A DNA stretch of 24,000 nucleotides, taken from an uncultured Solirubrobacterales bacterium (GTDB lineage: Bacteria; Actinomycetota; Thermoleophilia; Solirubrobacterales; Thermoleophilaceae). Both the position numbers and the translations under genes were made by a program. Location of the stretch: NCBI GenBank assembly GCA_963750365.1, contig CAVVQE010000001.1:463866-487865 (forward strand), in the 5' to 3' direction. Below the pieces are notes generated by a model, which saw only the letters and a list, made by a program, of their open reading frames with translations, made no database searches and was not told the origin of the DNA. Positions within the stretch are counted from its first letter, which is position 1; every line of letters begins with the position of its first letter. Below, piece after piece: positions 23,757 to 24,000 of this stretch.

Positions 23757-23784
23757 GCGGGGAGGGCGCGCACGCCCTCCCCGC
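23757..23784 (-). promoter_or_regulatory. Perfect 12-bp GC-rich stem-loop (GCGGGGAGGGCG-CGCA-CGCCCTCCCCGC) between the binding-protein gene and the ATPase gene
   Basis: The arms at 23757-23768 and 23773-23784 are exact reverse complements. It lies 9 nt after the binding-protein stop (23793) and about 25 nt before the ATPase ATG (23732), which has a GGAAAGGA RBS. The position is typical of intercistronic hairpins that raise binding-protein mRNA levels relative to the membrane components. Confidence 0.5.
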
Positions 23785-23792
23785 TACGGCCA

Positions 23793-24000
23793 CTACTTGA
23801 TCCCGGCCTCGCTACAGGCCGCCGCGTACTTCTTGGTGCAGATCTCCGACGCCTTCCAGAAACCGTCCTTGATCACCGTGTCGGCGATGTTGTCCTTGGT
23901 CACCGCGACCGGGGTCAGCAGCACCGATGGCACGTCCTTCTGCTCGTTGTTGACCTTGTCCTTGACCAGCGATGCGTCGGGCTTCTTGCCCTGGACCACG
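23793..24000 (-). CDS. Sugar ABC transporter periplasmic/lipoprotein substrate-binding protein, C-terminal part (gene continues beyond the window)
   Basis: The frame is open to the window edge. ...VQGKKPDASLVKDKVNNEQKDVPSVLLTPVAVTKDNIADTVIKDGFWKASEICTKKYAAACSEAGIK* resembles the C-terminus of ChvE/XylF-type binding proteins. Operon context: ATPase and permease follow directly downstream. Confidence 0.7.
   Translation of the reverse strand, partial: VVQGKKPDASLVKDKVNNEQKDVPSVLLTPVAVTKDNIADTVIKDGFWKASEICTKKYAAACSEAGIK

Overview
High-GC (roughly 70% or more by eye), tightly packed chromosomal segment with actinobacterial-type gene content. I call about 30 protein-coding genes and one tRNA-Arg(ACG). 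I found no transposase, integrase, phage gene or CRISPR array. Left to right: 3' end of an unknown CDS; FMN-reductase-like flavoprotein and 1-Cys peroxiredoxin (-); ZIP metal transporter (+); a short relic of an MMPL C-terminus (-); DUF2294/MpsC-like protein + ECF sigma factor (+); intact MMPL transporter (-), divergent from a tetR / MEST-like alpha/beta hydrolase / heliorhodopsin operon (+) whose junctions overlap; convergent NarL-type response regulator + HisKA_3 sensor kinase (-); Na+/H+ antiporter (+); thioredoxin-fold protein (-); PAP2 phosphatase (+); cupin (-); YCII protein + COG4941-type sigma factor (frameshifted) + VOC/glyoxalase (+); tRNA-Arg (-); DUF2945 protein, secreted GH-A-like hydrolase with a 72-aa polybasic insert, and CocE/NonD hydrolase (-); HAD phosphatase (+); then a minus-strand sugar-uptake operon (binding protein, ATPase, frameshifted permease, Gfo/Idh/MocA oxidoreductase) ending in an unrecognised decapeptide-repeat protein. 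Most noteworthy: (1) a heliorhodopsin-family 7-TM protein translationally coupled to a MEST-like hydrolase under a TetR regulator, opposite an MMPL exporter; (2) a roughly 312-aa protein built from about 18-20 tandem 10-residue repeats; (3) an extreme Arg/Lys insert in a signal-peptide-bearing glycosidase-like protein; (4) two apparent +1 frameshifts that create misleading giant ORFs in the six-frame track. All family assignments come from motif recognition by eye; no database search was run.
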